Shown here in pieces: positions 55,351 to 64,000 of a DNA stretch of 64,000 nt (the stretch's first letter is position 1; each line of letters opens with the position of its first letter). Source of the stretch: an uncultured Acidobacteriota bacterium. Lineage in GTDB: Bacteria; Acidobacteriota; Thermoanaerobaculia; Gp7-AA8. The DNA is taken from the NCBI GenBank assembly GCA_963822445.1, contig CAWGHO010000003.1, positions 608,001 to 672,000 of the forward strand, in the 5' to 3' direction. A program made the position numbers and the translations under genes. The notes beneath the pieces were generated by a model. It did no database searches. It was given only the letters and a program-made list of their open reading frames with translations, and was not told the origin of the DNA.

Positions 55351-55815
55351 ATGAAACTCTGGCTCGCAGTGGCTGTAATTCTCGTTGCACCGGCCGCCCT
55401 CGCACAGTGTCCAGTCGTGTTGGTGACCGAGCCGGTGGCACCTTCCGCGGAACGGCCGACGATCATCCGGCTGCAGGACTGGCGGCAGCATCCCACCGGT
55501 TCCACGCCGATCGTCGTCTCGATGGGCACAGGCAGCATCACCGTGGAACAGGCGGTCAACAACATCGCCCCTCCTCCCGCCCTCCCGAACATGCCCTGCG
55601 GCGTTTCCCCGGCTGTGAATCTCGGCCAGCTCGCTCCCGGTCGCTATGACGTCGTCTGGCGGTACCGCGACCCGAACACAACCGCGGTGTTCGAGACCTT
55701 TGCGCGTTCCTTCCACGTCAACGAGCCGACGATCCCCACGCTCAGTCAACCTTTGCTGATGATGCTGATGGCACTCGTTGCGGTCGCCGGTATGCTCATG
55801 CTTCGAACGCGATGA
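55351..55815 (+). CDS. IPTL-CTERM sorting-signal protein
   Basis: Signal peptide. C-terminus 'IPTLSQPLLMMLMALVAVAGMLMLRTR' = IPTL motif + TM helix + basic tail. Confidence 0.8.
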   Translation: MKLWLAVAVILVAPAALAQCPVVLVTEPVAPSAERPTIIRLQDWRQHPTGSTPIVVSMGTGSITVEQAVNNIAPPPALPNMPCGVSPAVNLGQLAPGRYDVVWRYRDPNTTAVFETFARSFHVNEPTIPTLSQPLLMMLMALVAVAGMLMLRTR

Positions 55816-56735
55816 GATGCGCGATTCTGCTGTTGACGCTTGCGGCGGCGTGTCATCGGGACCAGCCGAAACTTCCGGAACAGGCGTTCCTGCAGCCCTA
55901 TCCCGGAAGTAACGCAACGCTCTCCCCGCAACGCGAGGAGGCGGCGGGGATCGAATACGAGATCTCCGTTCCTTATCCCGCTGAGCCGGTGCTCCGGTTC
56001 ATCAGCTCTCGGATTCCGCCCGAGTTCAAGCCGCGCGAGGAAGACTTCATGAATCCCGGCATTCCCACCGCGCATAAACGGGGCTGGACCGACTACGGTG
56101 ACTCGACCACTCGGCCGCCCACCTGGGTCCATCACTGGGGCGGTGAGTGGGAGGATGCGGCGGGCAACATCATCACCTACGACCTGTTGTATCGCTCTCC
56201 GGCCGCGAACCGCGTTCCGCAACCGACTTCCACGCTGTTGCGCGTGGTCGGGCAGTACCTGGCGCGCGAGCTCGTCGACGAAATGAAAGCGTCCATCCCG
56301 CCGCAGGAAAAACCTGTTCCTTCCACTGCTCCGGCAGTCGCGGCTCCCAATCCGCAATACCTGGTCGTGAGACCGATGAGCGCGGAGCGATTTCCCGGCG
56401 CACGCGAAGCGGTGGCGTATGACCGTCCGCTGTATTTCTCCGAGACCGAAGTCATCGTCGATCTGTCGGACATGCAGTTCCAGACCGCCGAAGCGTCGGA
56501 AGGCTCCGGAGGGACGCACGTCATCTTCGTGAACACCAACGCTGCCGGCGACGAGAAACTGAGAACCTGGACCACGGCGAACGTCGGCAAAACCCTCGGC
56601 ATCTTCCTGGATGGCCGCCTGATCTCGGCTCCGACGATCGAGACGCCGATCTCCGGCACGATCATCCTCGAGGGCGGATTTTCGGCAGAGCAGGCCAGGC
56701 AGGTCGTGGAACGGATCCGGCGCGGCGGCACCTGA
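55812..56735 (+). CDS. lipoprotein with C-terminal SecDF P1-head-like domain
   Basis: Lipobox LAAAC. 'WTTANVGKTLGIFLDGRLISAPTI..PI.G...LEGGFS'. Confidence 0.75.
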   Translation: MRCAILLLTLAAACHRDQPKLPEQAFLQPYPGSNATLSPQREEAAGIEYEISVPYPAEPVLRFISSRIPPEFKPREEDFMNPGIPTAHKRGWTDYGDSTTRPPTWVHHWGGEWEDAAGNIITYDLLYRSPAANRVPQPTSTLLRVVGQYLARELVDEMKASIPPQEKPVPSTAPAVAAPNPQYLVVRPMSAERFPGAREAVAYDRPLYFSETEVIVDLSDMQFQTAEASEGSGGTHVIFVNTNAAGDEKLRTWTTANVGKTLGIFLDGRLISAPTIETPISGTIILEGGFSAEQARQVVERIRRGGT

Positions 56736-56767
56736 TGGCATGACCTTCGCCATTCTGCTCGGCGTTC

Positions 56768-57901
56768 ATGGCCCCTCGCTCCCTGCTCCCCCTCATCGGC
56801 TTGCTCCTGCTCCCGGCCTGCGCATCCGCGCCGCCGCCCCCGACCGCCGCACCGGCGCGCGAGTATCGAATCGTCGGCTACGTCACCGACCGCGCGAAGT
56901 TCGAGAGCATCGACGTCACGAAAGTCACCCATCTGAACTACGCCTTCGCCAAGGTTCGCGGGGATGACGTCGTCTACTTCGAGGACTCCGGCGCGCGCGA
57001 GGACCTGGCGCGGCTGCGAGCGCTCAAATCCGTCAATCCGCGGCTGAAGATCATCCTCTCCATCGGCGGCTGGGGAGCAGAGTGGTTTTCAGACGCGGCG
57101 CTGACCGCGGACTCGCGATGCCGCTTCGCGTCGAGCGCCATCGATCTGGTGAAGACCCACGACCTCGACGGTCTCGATGTCGATTGGGAGTATCCCGGGC
57201 AGCGCGGCGCGGGGAACCGGTTTCGTGCCGAGGACAGGCAGAACTTCACGGAGCTCATCGCGCTCCTGCGGCACGAGCTCGATCTCCTTCGTAAGATAAA
57301 TGACGAACATCACACGCTGACCATCGCCTCGAGTGCCAACCGCTATTTCGAAACGACGGAAATGGATCGCCTTCATCCGCTGGTCGACTGGTTCAACGTC
57401 ATGACCTACGACATGGCCGGCGGGTGGAGCGGGACGACCGCGCATCACGCGCCGCTGCGGCATCCGTCAGCTAAGGCCAGCTCCACGGCGTCGTTCGTGC
57501 GGCAGTATCTCGACGCAGGGGTGCCGCCGGAAAAGATCGTGATCGGCGTGCCGTTTTACGCGCGGGAGTGGAAGTGGGTGGTGAACCGCAAGAGCCCGAG
57601 CGGTCTCGGCGAGCCGTTCGATTTCTTCGCCGGCGACGTTGCCGCCTACAAACTGCGCCGCGATTACATCGCCGCGGGCGGCTTCTCGCGCGGCTGGGAC
57701 AACACCGCGCGCGCGCCGTATCTCTGGAATCCGGAGATCGGCACGTTCATCTCGTATGAGGACGAGCAATCGCTCATCGAGAAGGCCCGTTTCGTCCGCG
57801 ATCAATCCCTCGGCGGGATCATGTACTGGGAGCACAGCCACGATCCCGAGCAGACCCTGCTCGCGACGATCGCCTCCGAGCTTCGGCGCCCGTCGCGCTG
57901 A
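56768..57901 (+). CDS. GH18 chitinase-like lipoprotein
   Basis: THLNYAF, SIGGW, DGLDVDWEYP catalytic motif, MTYD, GGIMYW. Confidence 0.95.
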   Translation: MAPRSLLPLIGLLLLPACASAPPPPTAAPAREYRIVGYVTDRAKFESIDVTKVTHLNYAFAKVRGDDVVYFEDSGAREDLARLRALKSVNPRLKIILSIGGWGAEWFSDAALTADSRCRFASSAIDLVKTHDLDGLDVDWEYPGQRGAGNRFRAEDRQNFTELIALLRHELDLLRKINDEHHTLTIASSANRYFETTEMDRLHPLVDWFNVMTYDMAGGWSGTTAHHAPLRHPSAKASSTASFVRQYLDAGVPPEKIVIGVPFYAREWKWVVNRKSPSGLGEPFDFFAGDVAAYKLRRDYIAAGGFSRGWDNTARAPYLWNPEIGTFISYEDEQSLIEKARFVRDQSLGGIMYWEHSHDPEQTLLATIASELRRPSR

Positions 57902-57919
57902 GGCTATTCTTCGCGGCAG

Positions 57920-58744
57920 ATGCGCCGCCGGGTCCGCTGGATCGTCCTGCTCGTGGCCCTGGTCACGGTGCTCCCTTTTCTCCTCGCACGATTCCGCACG
58001 CCGTCGAACGAGCGCGATTGGACTCCGTCGCACCGCCTTGCTCCGCGGGTCACGATTCGTGGTGATCTCGTGGAGATCCGCAACGTCCGCGAGTTCGTGT
58101 ATCGGACCGAGAACGACTTCGACGCGCAGTACGCGACGCGGGTCTATGACCTCCGCAAGCTCGACTCGGTCTGGTACGCGGTCAGCCGTTTCAGCGCGGT
58201 GCCGGGGATGGCCCACGCGTTCCTCACCTTCGGTTTCGGCGACGAGTACGTGGCCATCTCCGTCGAGGCGCGGCGCGAGAAGAACGAGAGTTACGGTCCG
58301 ATTCGCGGGATGCTCCGCGAATACGAGCTGCTGTACGTGATCGGCGCGGAGAGCGATGTGATCGGACTGCGCACGAACATCTGGAAGGAGGGCGTGAGCC
58401 TTTATCCGATCCGCACGACGCCGGAGAAGATGCGCAAGGCTTTCCTTGAAATGGCAATGCGCGCCGAGGGGCTGGCCAGGCGGCCGGAGTTCTACAACAC
58501 GCTCACGAATTCGTGCATCAGCAACATCGTCAGCCACGTGAACGCCGTCGCACCTGATCGGGTCCCGTTCGGCGTTGGCAACGTCCTGCCGGGCTTCTCC
58601 GATCGGCTGGCCTACGAGCAGGGGCTGATCGACACCGATCTGCCGTTCGACCAGGTCGAGAAAGCCTTCCGCATCGATGCCGCCGCACAGCGCCACGGAC
58701 TCCGGCCGGGATTCTCGAAAGCGATCCGCGAGCCGCTGCCGTAA
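57920..58744 (+). CDS. DUF4105 (Lnb N-terminal-like) protein
   Basis: AHAFLTFGF, SVEARRE, YNTLTNSC. Confidence 0.85.
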   Translation: MRRRVRWIVLLVALVTVLPFLLARFRTPSNERDWTPSHRLAPRVTIRGDLVEIRNVREFVYRTENDFDAQYATRVYDLRKLDSVWYAVSRFSAVPGMAHAFLTFGFGDEYVAISVEARREKNESYGPIRGMLREYELLYVIGAESDVIGLRTNIWKEGVSLYPIRTTPEKMRKAFLEMAMRAEGLARRPEFYNTLTNSCISNIVSHVNAVAPDRVPFGVGNVLPGFSDRLAYEQGLIDTDLPFDQVEKAFRIDAAAQRHGLRPGFSKAIREPLP

Positions 58745-58748
58745 CGGA

Positions 58749-58860
58749 GGCGCAGGCGCGGGACGCCTGCGCACCAGCCGGCGCGGACGCCGGCGCTCCA
58801 ACGACGCGTGCTAATGGAGCGCCGCCGGCTCGGCGGCTGGCCCGCCGGCGTCCCGCCGGC
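58749..58860. repeat. REP-like GC-rich palindrome cluster / bidirectional terminator between convergent genes
   Basis: gcgcaggcgcgggacgcctgcgc, gccggcgcggacgccggcgctcca...tggagcgccg, gccggcgtcccgccggc. Confidence 0.65.
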
Positions 58861-61800
58861 CTACTCGACGCGCGTCCGCAGTTCCTGTAGATGCACGGCT
58901 TTGACCGGCACGCCCGTAGGAGCCGCATCGGTGTAGCCGCCCGCCGCGAAGCCGAGTGTCGAGCGCGCCGCATCGAGCGCGCCCCGGAGCTCGGTCAGAT
59001 GCACGGCGTTGATGATCGTTCCCGGCAGGGCCGTGCCGGTGAACACGAACGCGTTTTGTCCTGCGAGCGCGCGAACGGCGTTCACGGCCGTGCGGAGCTG
59101 GGTGACGTGGACAGACTTGATCGCGATTCCGGCGACGAGCGGGCTGTCGGTGAAGATCGTCGTCGTGGCCAGATCGGAGACGCTGTTGCCCGAGGCGATG
59201 GCGAGGTTTGCGGCGCGGACGCGGTAGAGGAATGAGGTGTTCACCGGACGGCTCGTATCGGAGAACGCGGTCGAGGATGGCGTGGCGATGTGCGTGAATC
59301 CGCCATTCGCTTCCATGCGATCGACCTGATACGACGTCGCGCCGCTGACCGCGTTCCAGGTGAGATCGACCTGCGACGGAGTCACGGCGCGGGCGTTCAA
59401 TCCTGCCGGCGCCGCGAGCGCAACAACCGTGTAGGTGTAGCCGCTCGTCGACGTCCCGCTGCCGCCGGCCGTGGTGACGACGACGTCGACCGCTCCCGCC
59501 GCGTGTGCCGGAGTGATGACGACGATGGACGTGGCCGTATTCGCTGTCATCGGTGCGGGCAACCCGCCGAAGGTCACGGAGGTCGCGTTCGACAGATTCG
59601 TGCCGGTGATGGTGACGCTCTGGCCGCCGGCCGTCGTGCCGGACGAAGCGAGGATCGAGGTGATCACCGGCGCGCTGATGTAGCGATACGCGCCGGTGAG
59701 GGTGAGGCTGCCCGCAGAGGTCGTAACCACGACGTTGACCGTTCCCGCGGCCGCCGCGGGCGTCATGACCGTAATCGCCGTCGCGGTGTTCGAGCTAATG
59801 GTTCCCGCCGAACCGCCGAACGTGACCGACGTCGCACCGGCGAGATCGGTTCCGCTGACGATCACGCTCTGCCCGCCGGCCGCCGGTCCCGCGCTCGCGG
59901 AAAGCGAGGAGACGGTCAGCGCATTCTTCGAGGTCAGCTTGAAGCCGGTCAGGCTCGTGTGGTGGCCGCTGAACTGCGCGCCGAACGCGTAGATGCGGAA
60001 GGTGACGGTCGCGTTGATGGAAGCGAAACTCGCCGGCAGGATGACCACGTGCTCGTTCTCGTCGAAGTTGTCCTTCGATACGAGGTCGCTCGTGTAAATC
60101 GCCGAGGCGAACCCGTCGAGGCTCGAAAACAGCGCGTAGCCGCGCGGCGAGTGGTAGTCGATGCGGCGCGTCGAGAAGCGCACTTCACCGCCGTTGAGAT
60201 TGAGCGGCGGCGTCGCGGGCGTGACCGTGGCGGTGAGGAGCTCGTTGTCGGTGATGGCGCCGGCGAGCGTCGAGTCCTGCGCTTCCGACCCATCGCCGGA
60301 GGGGCCCGCGACGCTGAACACGAAGGCGTCGTTCACCGTTTGCGGCGACACGCCCGCGCCGATGTTCCATCCGCCCCAGGTCACCTTCGAGGTGTCGAGG
60401 ACGAAGGTCTGCGTGAACGGCCGGTTCTGCGCGGGCGCGGTGCCGGTGAAGTTGCTCTGAATCAGCGTGCCCGGTCCGCCGAAGGTCTGCAGGGTGAACG
60501 TGCGCCAGGCCGGGTCGCCATCCGCATCCTGCACGCGCGCGAGGATGTAGTTCTTCCGGCTGGTGATCGGCGTACCGCTGATCTCCAGCGTGTCCGCGGA
60601 CGGATTGCTGATCGACAACCCGGCGTCGAGGTGTGAGCCGACGACCACCAGCGAGCGCGATCCCGTTCCGCCGGTCGTGGTGATGGTGGTGGTGTAGCTC
60701 TGCCCGGCGATGCCCGCGGGAAGGGTCGCGCTGGTGGCGAACGAAGGCACGCCGCCGGCGGCCGCATCGATGTGGCGGAGAGTCGAGTAGAGCGTGAAGT
60801 GCTCGAGCATCAGCGCGTACTTCGGCGACTCGGCCGGCTCCTGCTCGAGCAGCTCGAGATGGCCCCACTGCCCGAAGCGGGTCCACTGGCTTGTGTCGGT
60901 GTAGGGGTTGTGCGTCCACAAGCCTTTGCTCTTCGCCAGGTCGAGATGGATGCGGTAGACCTCGGCGATGCGCGGATCGCGATTCATCGCCTCCATGAAG
61001 ATCGTGACGCCGTCATCGGTCGTCGTTCCACCGGAGTCGAGCGAATCGGTGAAGATCGACGGACCGCCCTCGTACGCGATCAGTGGCAGGCAGGGCGGCG
61101 CGTCGGCTGCCTGCGAGCAGTACGTGGTCAGCGTCTCTCTGGCGAGATCGCGAAGGCTGGCGTCGAAGCCGCCGCTGGTTCCCGTCGCATCCGGTCCGCT
61201 GCCCGCCACCGAATCGCCGGCGAGAATCCGCCGCTTCCATTCCTCGAAGGCGAGGTGCATGTGCGTGTCGAAGAGATCGCTCTGCCAGTAGGGATCGTTG
61301 AACGGCTTCCCGGTGGTGAAGTCCTGGTCGTCGACGAAGCCCTGAATGTCGTTGCCGAAGTACGTCGTCAGCGCGAGCACGTCAGGGCGAACCTGCGGAC
61401 TGAGCGACTGTCCGTACGTGCCGATCTCGGTCAGGAAGGGACGCGAGTACGCATCGAGCGCGGTGAAGATTGCCGCCACCCGCACCAGCCGTGAGGTGTC
61501 GCCGCTGAAGATAGTCTGGAAGATCTTCCAGCTGTCGCAGAACTTCCGCGCCGTGAATTTCGCCTTCGCCGCGGTGTCCGACCCCAGCCCGGCGATCGCG
61601 GCCTGTTCCTGCGCCCAGTTGCCCTGAGGAAAAGCGAAGCCGCTGGACCAGATCTCGTTCGAGAACTCGACGTACACCTTGAGATGGGAGTTGAGCGGAG
61701 CGAAGACCGGACTGGGATTCGTGCTCGTGTACGGATTCACCCCATCGCTGCCGAAGCGGATCAGTTGCGCGAGCCTGGTGATGTAGTCGGCCGTGGCCAG

Positions 61801-62700
61801 GTGGGGGATGTTGATCCAGAGGTCTTTGCTGGTCTGGTTGCTCAGCGCCACCATGTGCTCCCAGGCCACGCCGGTCTCGCGATTGCCGTCCGACGTCGCC
61901 GACGGCGCGCGCGCGTTGAGGATGCCCGCCTGAAACACGTGATTGGGGACGCGCCGGTCCACCCAGTCCTGCTGCGGGCTGGCGTTGGTCTTTCCCCAGT
62001 CCATGAAACGGATGAAGCTCCAGTTCGCATCGGCGATCCGCTCGAGAAACAGCGGATGGAAGAGCTCGCCCTCCAGCGAATCGGTGAAGGCCTCGTTCAC
62101 CGCGGGCGTGGCCGGATCGTCGACCGCCGGCAGCCACACCTTGATGTCGGTGATGGGCGTGGCCATCCCGCGGATCTCGAGCGATTCGGGGATGGTGTTG
62201 CCGATGTACACGCGCCGGCCGTTGAGCAGATTGCCGGTCGCGGCGCCGGACGACTCGCCCGCCTGGAACGTGCCGGTCTTGAGGCGGATGTCGGCATTGC
62301 CCTGCCAGGTGAGGACGTACTTCCCTTTGGCCAGAGTGTCGCGCGCCGGCCAGCCGGCAGGCCGGACATGGGTGTTGTTGATATTCAACCCGAAGAGCAG
62401 CGCGCGAAGATTCGGGCCACGCGGCGACAGCGACTGCGGATACCCGTTCACGAACTGCGCGGCGTTCGCAGGGGCGCTGAAATCGACCCTCGTTCCGAAC
62501 TGGAAATCGCTGAACTCGTACCACTCGCCGCCCAGAGCCATGGAGTTGGCGAGGTAGGGAGTGTTGAAGTAGGCGACGTCGCTGGGGTGATATCCGACCG
62601 GGCGGAGGATCGACGGGTCGATCTGCGCCGCGAGAGGCAAAGCGAGGCAAACCAGGCTCGCGGCGATCCAGATGCGTGAGTTGTGAGCGTTGTCCGACAT
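58861..62700 (-). CDS. secreted GH-A-like glycoside hydrolase with 2 IPT/TIG domains, FN3 and triple-His CTD
   Basis: 'IRFMDW', 'LWINIPH', 'YVEFSNEIW', 'LIAYEGG'. Two IPT repeats 'GGQSVxxxGTxLxxATSVTFGG'. Confidence 0.85.
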   Translation of the reverse strand: MSDNAHNSRIWIAASLVCLALPLAAQIDPSILRPVGYHPSDVAYFNTPYLANSMALGGEWYEFSDFQFGTRVDFSAPANAAQFVNGYPQSLSPRGPNLRALLFGLNINNTHVRPAGWPARDTLAKGKYVLTWQGNADIRLKTGTFQAGESSGAATGNLLNGRRVYIGNTIPESLEIRGMATPITDIKVWLPAVDDPATPAVNEAFTDSLEGELFHPLFLERIADANWSFIRFMDWGKTNASPQQDWVDRRVPNHVFQAGILNARAPSATSDGNRETGVAWEHMVALSNQTSKDLWINIPHLATADYITRLAQLIRFGSDGVNPYTSTNPSPVFAPLNSHLKVYVEFSNEIWSSGFAFPQGNWAQEQAAIAGLGSDTAAKAKFTARKFCDSWKIFQTIFSGDTSRLVRVAAIFTALDAYSRPFLTEIGTYGQSLSPQVRPDVLALTTYFGNDIQGFVDDQDFTTGKPFNDPYWQSDLFDTHMHLAFEEWKRRILAGDSVAGSGPDATGTSGGFDASLRDLARETLTTYCSQAADAPPCLPLIAYEGGPSIFTDSLDSGGTTTDDGVTIFMEAMNRDPRIAEVYRIHLDLAKSKGLWTHNPYTDTSQWTRFGQWGHLELLEQEPAESPKYALMLEHFTLYSTLRHIDAAAGGVPSFATSATLPAGIAGQSYTTTITTTGGTGSRSLVVVGSHLDAGLSISNPSADTLEISGTPITSRKNYILARVQDADGDPAWRTFTLQTFGGPGTLIQSNFTGTAPAQNRPFTQTFVLDTSKVTWGGWNIGAGVSPQTVNDAFVFSVAGPSGDGSEAQDSTLAGAITDNELLTATVTPATPPLNLNGGEVRFSTRRIDYHSPRGYALFSSLDGFASAIYTSDLVSKDNFDENEHVVILPASFASINATVTFRIYAFGAQFSGHHTSLTGFKLTSKNALTVSSLSASAGPAAGGQSVIVSGTDLAGATSVTFGGSAGTISSNTATAITVMTPAAAAGTVNVVVTTSAGSLTLTGAYRYISAPVITSILASSGTTAGGQSVTITGTNLSNATSVTFGGLPAPMTANTATSIVVITPAHAAGAVDVVVTTAGGSGTSTSGYTYTVVALAAPAGLNARAVTPSQVDLTWNAVSGATSYQVDRMEANGGFTHIATPSSTAFSDTSRPVNTSFLYRVRAANLAIASGNSVSDLATTTIFTDSPLVAGIAIKSVHVTQLRTAVNAVRALAGQNAFVFTGTALPGTIINAVHLTELRGALDAARSTLGFAAGGYTDAAPTGVPVKAVHLQELRTRVE

Positions 62701-62722
62701 CGATCGCGTTATTCTGCTCGCA

Positions 62723-63775
62723 GTGTTTCGTGCGATTTCACTGGTTCCGGCGTGCCTTTTTTTCGCCTTCGCAATCCATGCGCAAACAATTCAGTGGAGC
62801 GGGTTTGCGCTGCTGCGGGGCGACGTGGCCAGTGAATCGAATGCGCACGATGAATTGTCCTCGCAAGTGCAGGTCGGAGTCGACTTCCAGGCCTCGCCGA
62901 TGCTCGGCGCGCACGTGCACCTGCTCGCCCGCACCGGCAACGAAGGCAGGCGCGACGCGTTCGGAATCCCCGAGGCTTACCTCGAGCTGAATCTGCATCC
63001 GGGCAATGACCGCCTGCGCATCCGCGGCGGCGCGTTTTTTCTGCCGACGTCGCGCGAGAACGTCGACGCCCTCTGGGAGAACCCATACGCGATCACCTCC
63101 TCCGCGCTGAACAGCTGGCTCGGCGAGGAGCTCCGCCCGATCGGAATCGACGCGTCGTACTTTCGCCCGCGATTCTTTGCCGGCGCGACGATCTTCCGCG
63201 GAAACGACACGCTCGGCTCGCTCCCCGTCGCCCGCGGCTGGACGCTCGACGATCACTGGACGCTCCTCGGCGAATGGGTTCCCGTCGACGACGAATACTT
63301 CACCTCCGTTTCCGCCGAGAACGACGGCCGCTTGGGATGGTCGGGCAGGGGAGGGTGGCGCGGCGATCATCTCTTCGTGCAGCTCACCCACCTCGACAAC
63401 CGCGCCGACGGCCTTGAGTACGGGCGGCTCTTCAACTGGGGAACGCGCTTCGACATCGCCAGCGCCGAGTACACCGTGAATGACTGGACGTTTGCGGCCG
63501 AGGCGGGGTGGGGGCCGACGTTTCTGGTGGTGGAGGGGATGACGTTCACCAACAAGCTCGATGCCGGCTACATCATGGCATCGCGGCGGTGGGGACGCTC
63601 GCGCGGGACGATTCGCGTCGATGCCTTCCGCGTCGACGATGAGCGCGACCGCGCCGTCACGCTGGCCTGGTTCTGGACGGGCATCCCCCGATTGCGCCTC
63701 GGCGCCGAGGTCTCGACATCCGCCGGTAACGAGCGCGTCCTCGTCGACGTCCGGTATCACTTCTCCGGAAGGTAA
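62723..63775 (+). CDS. outer-membrane beta-barrel protein
   Basis: Signal peptide, amphipathic strands, near-terminal 'VRYHF'. GTG start chosen to avoid head-to-head overlap. Confidence 0.7.
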   Translation: MFRAISLVPACLFFAFAIHAQTIQWSGFALLRGDVASESNAHDELSSQVQVGVDFQASPMLGAHVHLLARTGNEGRRDAFGIPEAYLELNLHPGNDRLRIRGGAFFLPTSRENVDALWENPYAITSSALNSWLGEELRPIGIDASYFRPRFFAGATIFRGNDTLGSLPVARGWTLDDHWTLLGEWVPVDDEYFTSVSAENDGRLGWSGRGGWRGDHLFVQLTHLDNRADGLEYGRLFNWGTRFDIASAEYTVNDWTFAAEAGWGPTFLVVEGMTFTNKLDAGYIMASRRWGRSRGTIRVDAFRVDDERDRAVTLAWFWTGIPRLRLGAEVSTSAGNERVLVDVRYHFSGR

Positions 63776-63820
63776 CAACCCCGCGACGTTCCGCGCGTAT
63801 TATTTGCTGCGGGTTACGCG

Positions 63821-64000
63821 GTGCTTCGAACCTTTCTCCTGATCCTGATTGTCTGTGCTTCGTCTCTCGTGGCGAGCGCGGCCACGCTCACCGTCGACGT
63901 GCGCAATGCGCGCGGCGCCACGCTCGAGCACGCCGTGGTGTACGCGACGCGCGAAGGCACGAACTACCCGCCGGCGAGGCGGACCGCGGTCATGGACCAG
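63821..64000 (+). CDS. exported cupredoxin-like ('methylamine utilization protein'-type), partial
   Basis: Hand translation VLRTFLLILIVCASSLVASAATLTVDVRNARGATLEHAVVYA...TAVMDQ, running off the window. Confidence 0.65.
   Translation, partial: MLRTFLLILIVCASSLVASAATLTVDVRNARGATLEHAVVYATREGTNYPPARRTAVMDQ

Noticed and set aside
4355-62679. Many long antisense/alternative-frame ORFs (e.g. 4355-5968+, 8942-10777+, 44730-46583+)
   Set aside because: Shadow ORFs expected in high-GC DNA. They overlap well-supported genes and show no motifs.

Overview
GC-rich bacterial chromosomal window. Gene content and style suggest Acidobacteriota (Thermoanaerobaculia-like); this is inference. In order: a frameshifted HExxxGH metallo-protein; a BlaI/BlaR1(M56) pair; DinB; a co-regulated five-gene cluster (GT4, GT2-TPR-GT2, conserved 'DEYCEW' protein, secreted CxxCH protein, sulfotransferase-like); tRNA-Lys and tRNA-Glu. 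Next is a ~22.6 kb integrase-less island (12619-35225) that ends in a copy of the tRNA-Glu 3' end. It carries an unannotated tatA translationally coupled to two ~1500-aa unknown proteins (the first has a twin-arginine signal), a two-component cluster with a REC-ECF sigma fusion, and a second, split tRNA-Glu relic that encloses a secreted protein gene. The rest holds secreted modular proteins, a CzcCBA/CusCBA-type RND operon, an M1 aminopeptidase, a GH18 chitinase, a DUF4105-like protein and a porin/cupredoxin pair. Best candidates for undescribed biology: (1) the TatA + giant-protein-pair operon; (2) a four-helix-bundle gene flanked by inverted heptamer arrays, with empty copies and arrays recruited into coding sequence; (3) a shared FN3 + triple 'H-x-x-[QE]-L-R' C-terminal domain on four unrelated secreted proteins.
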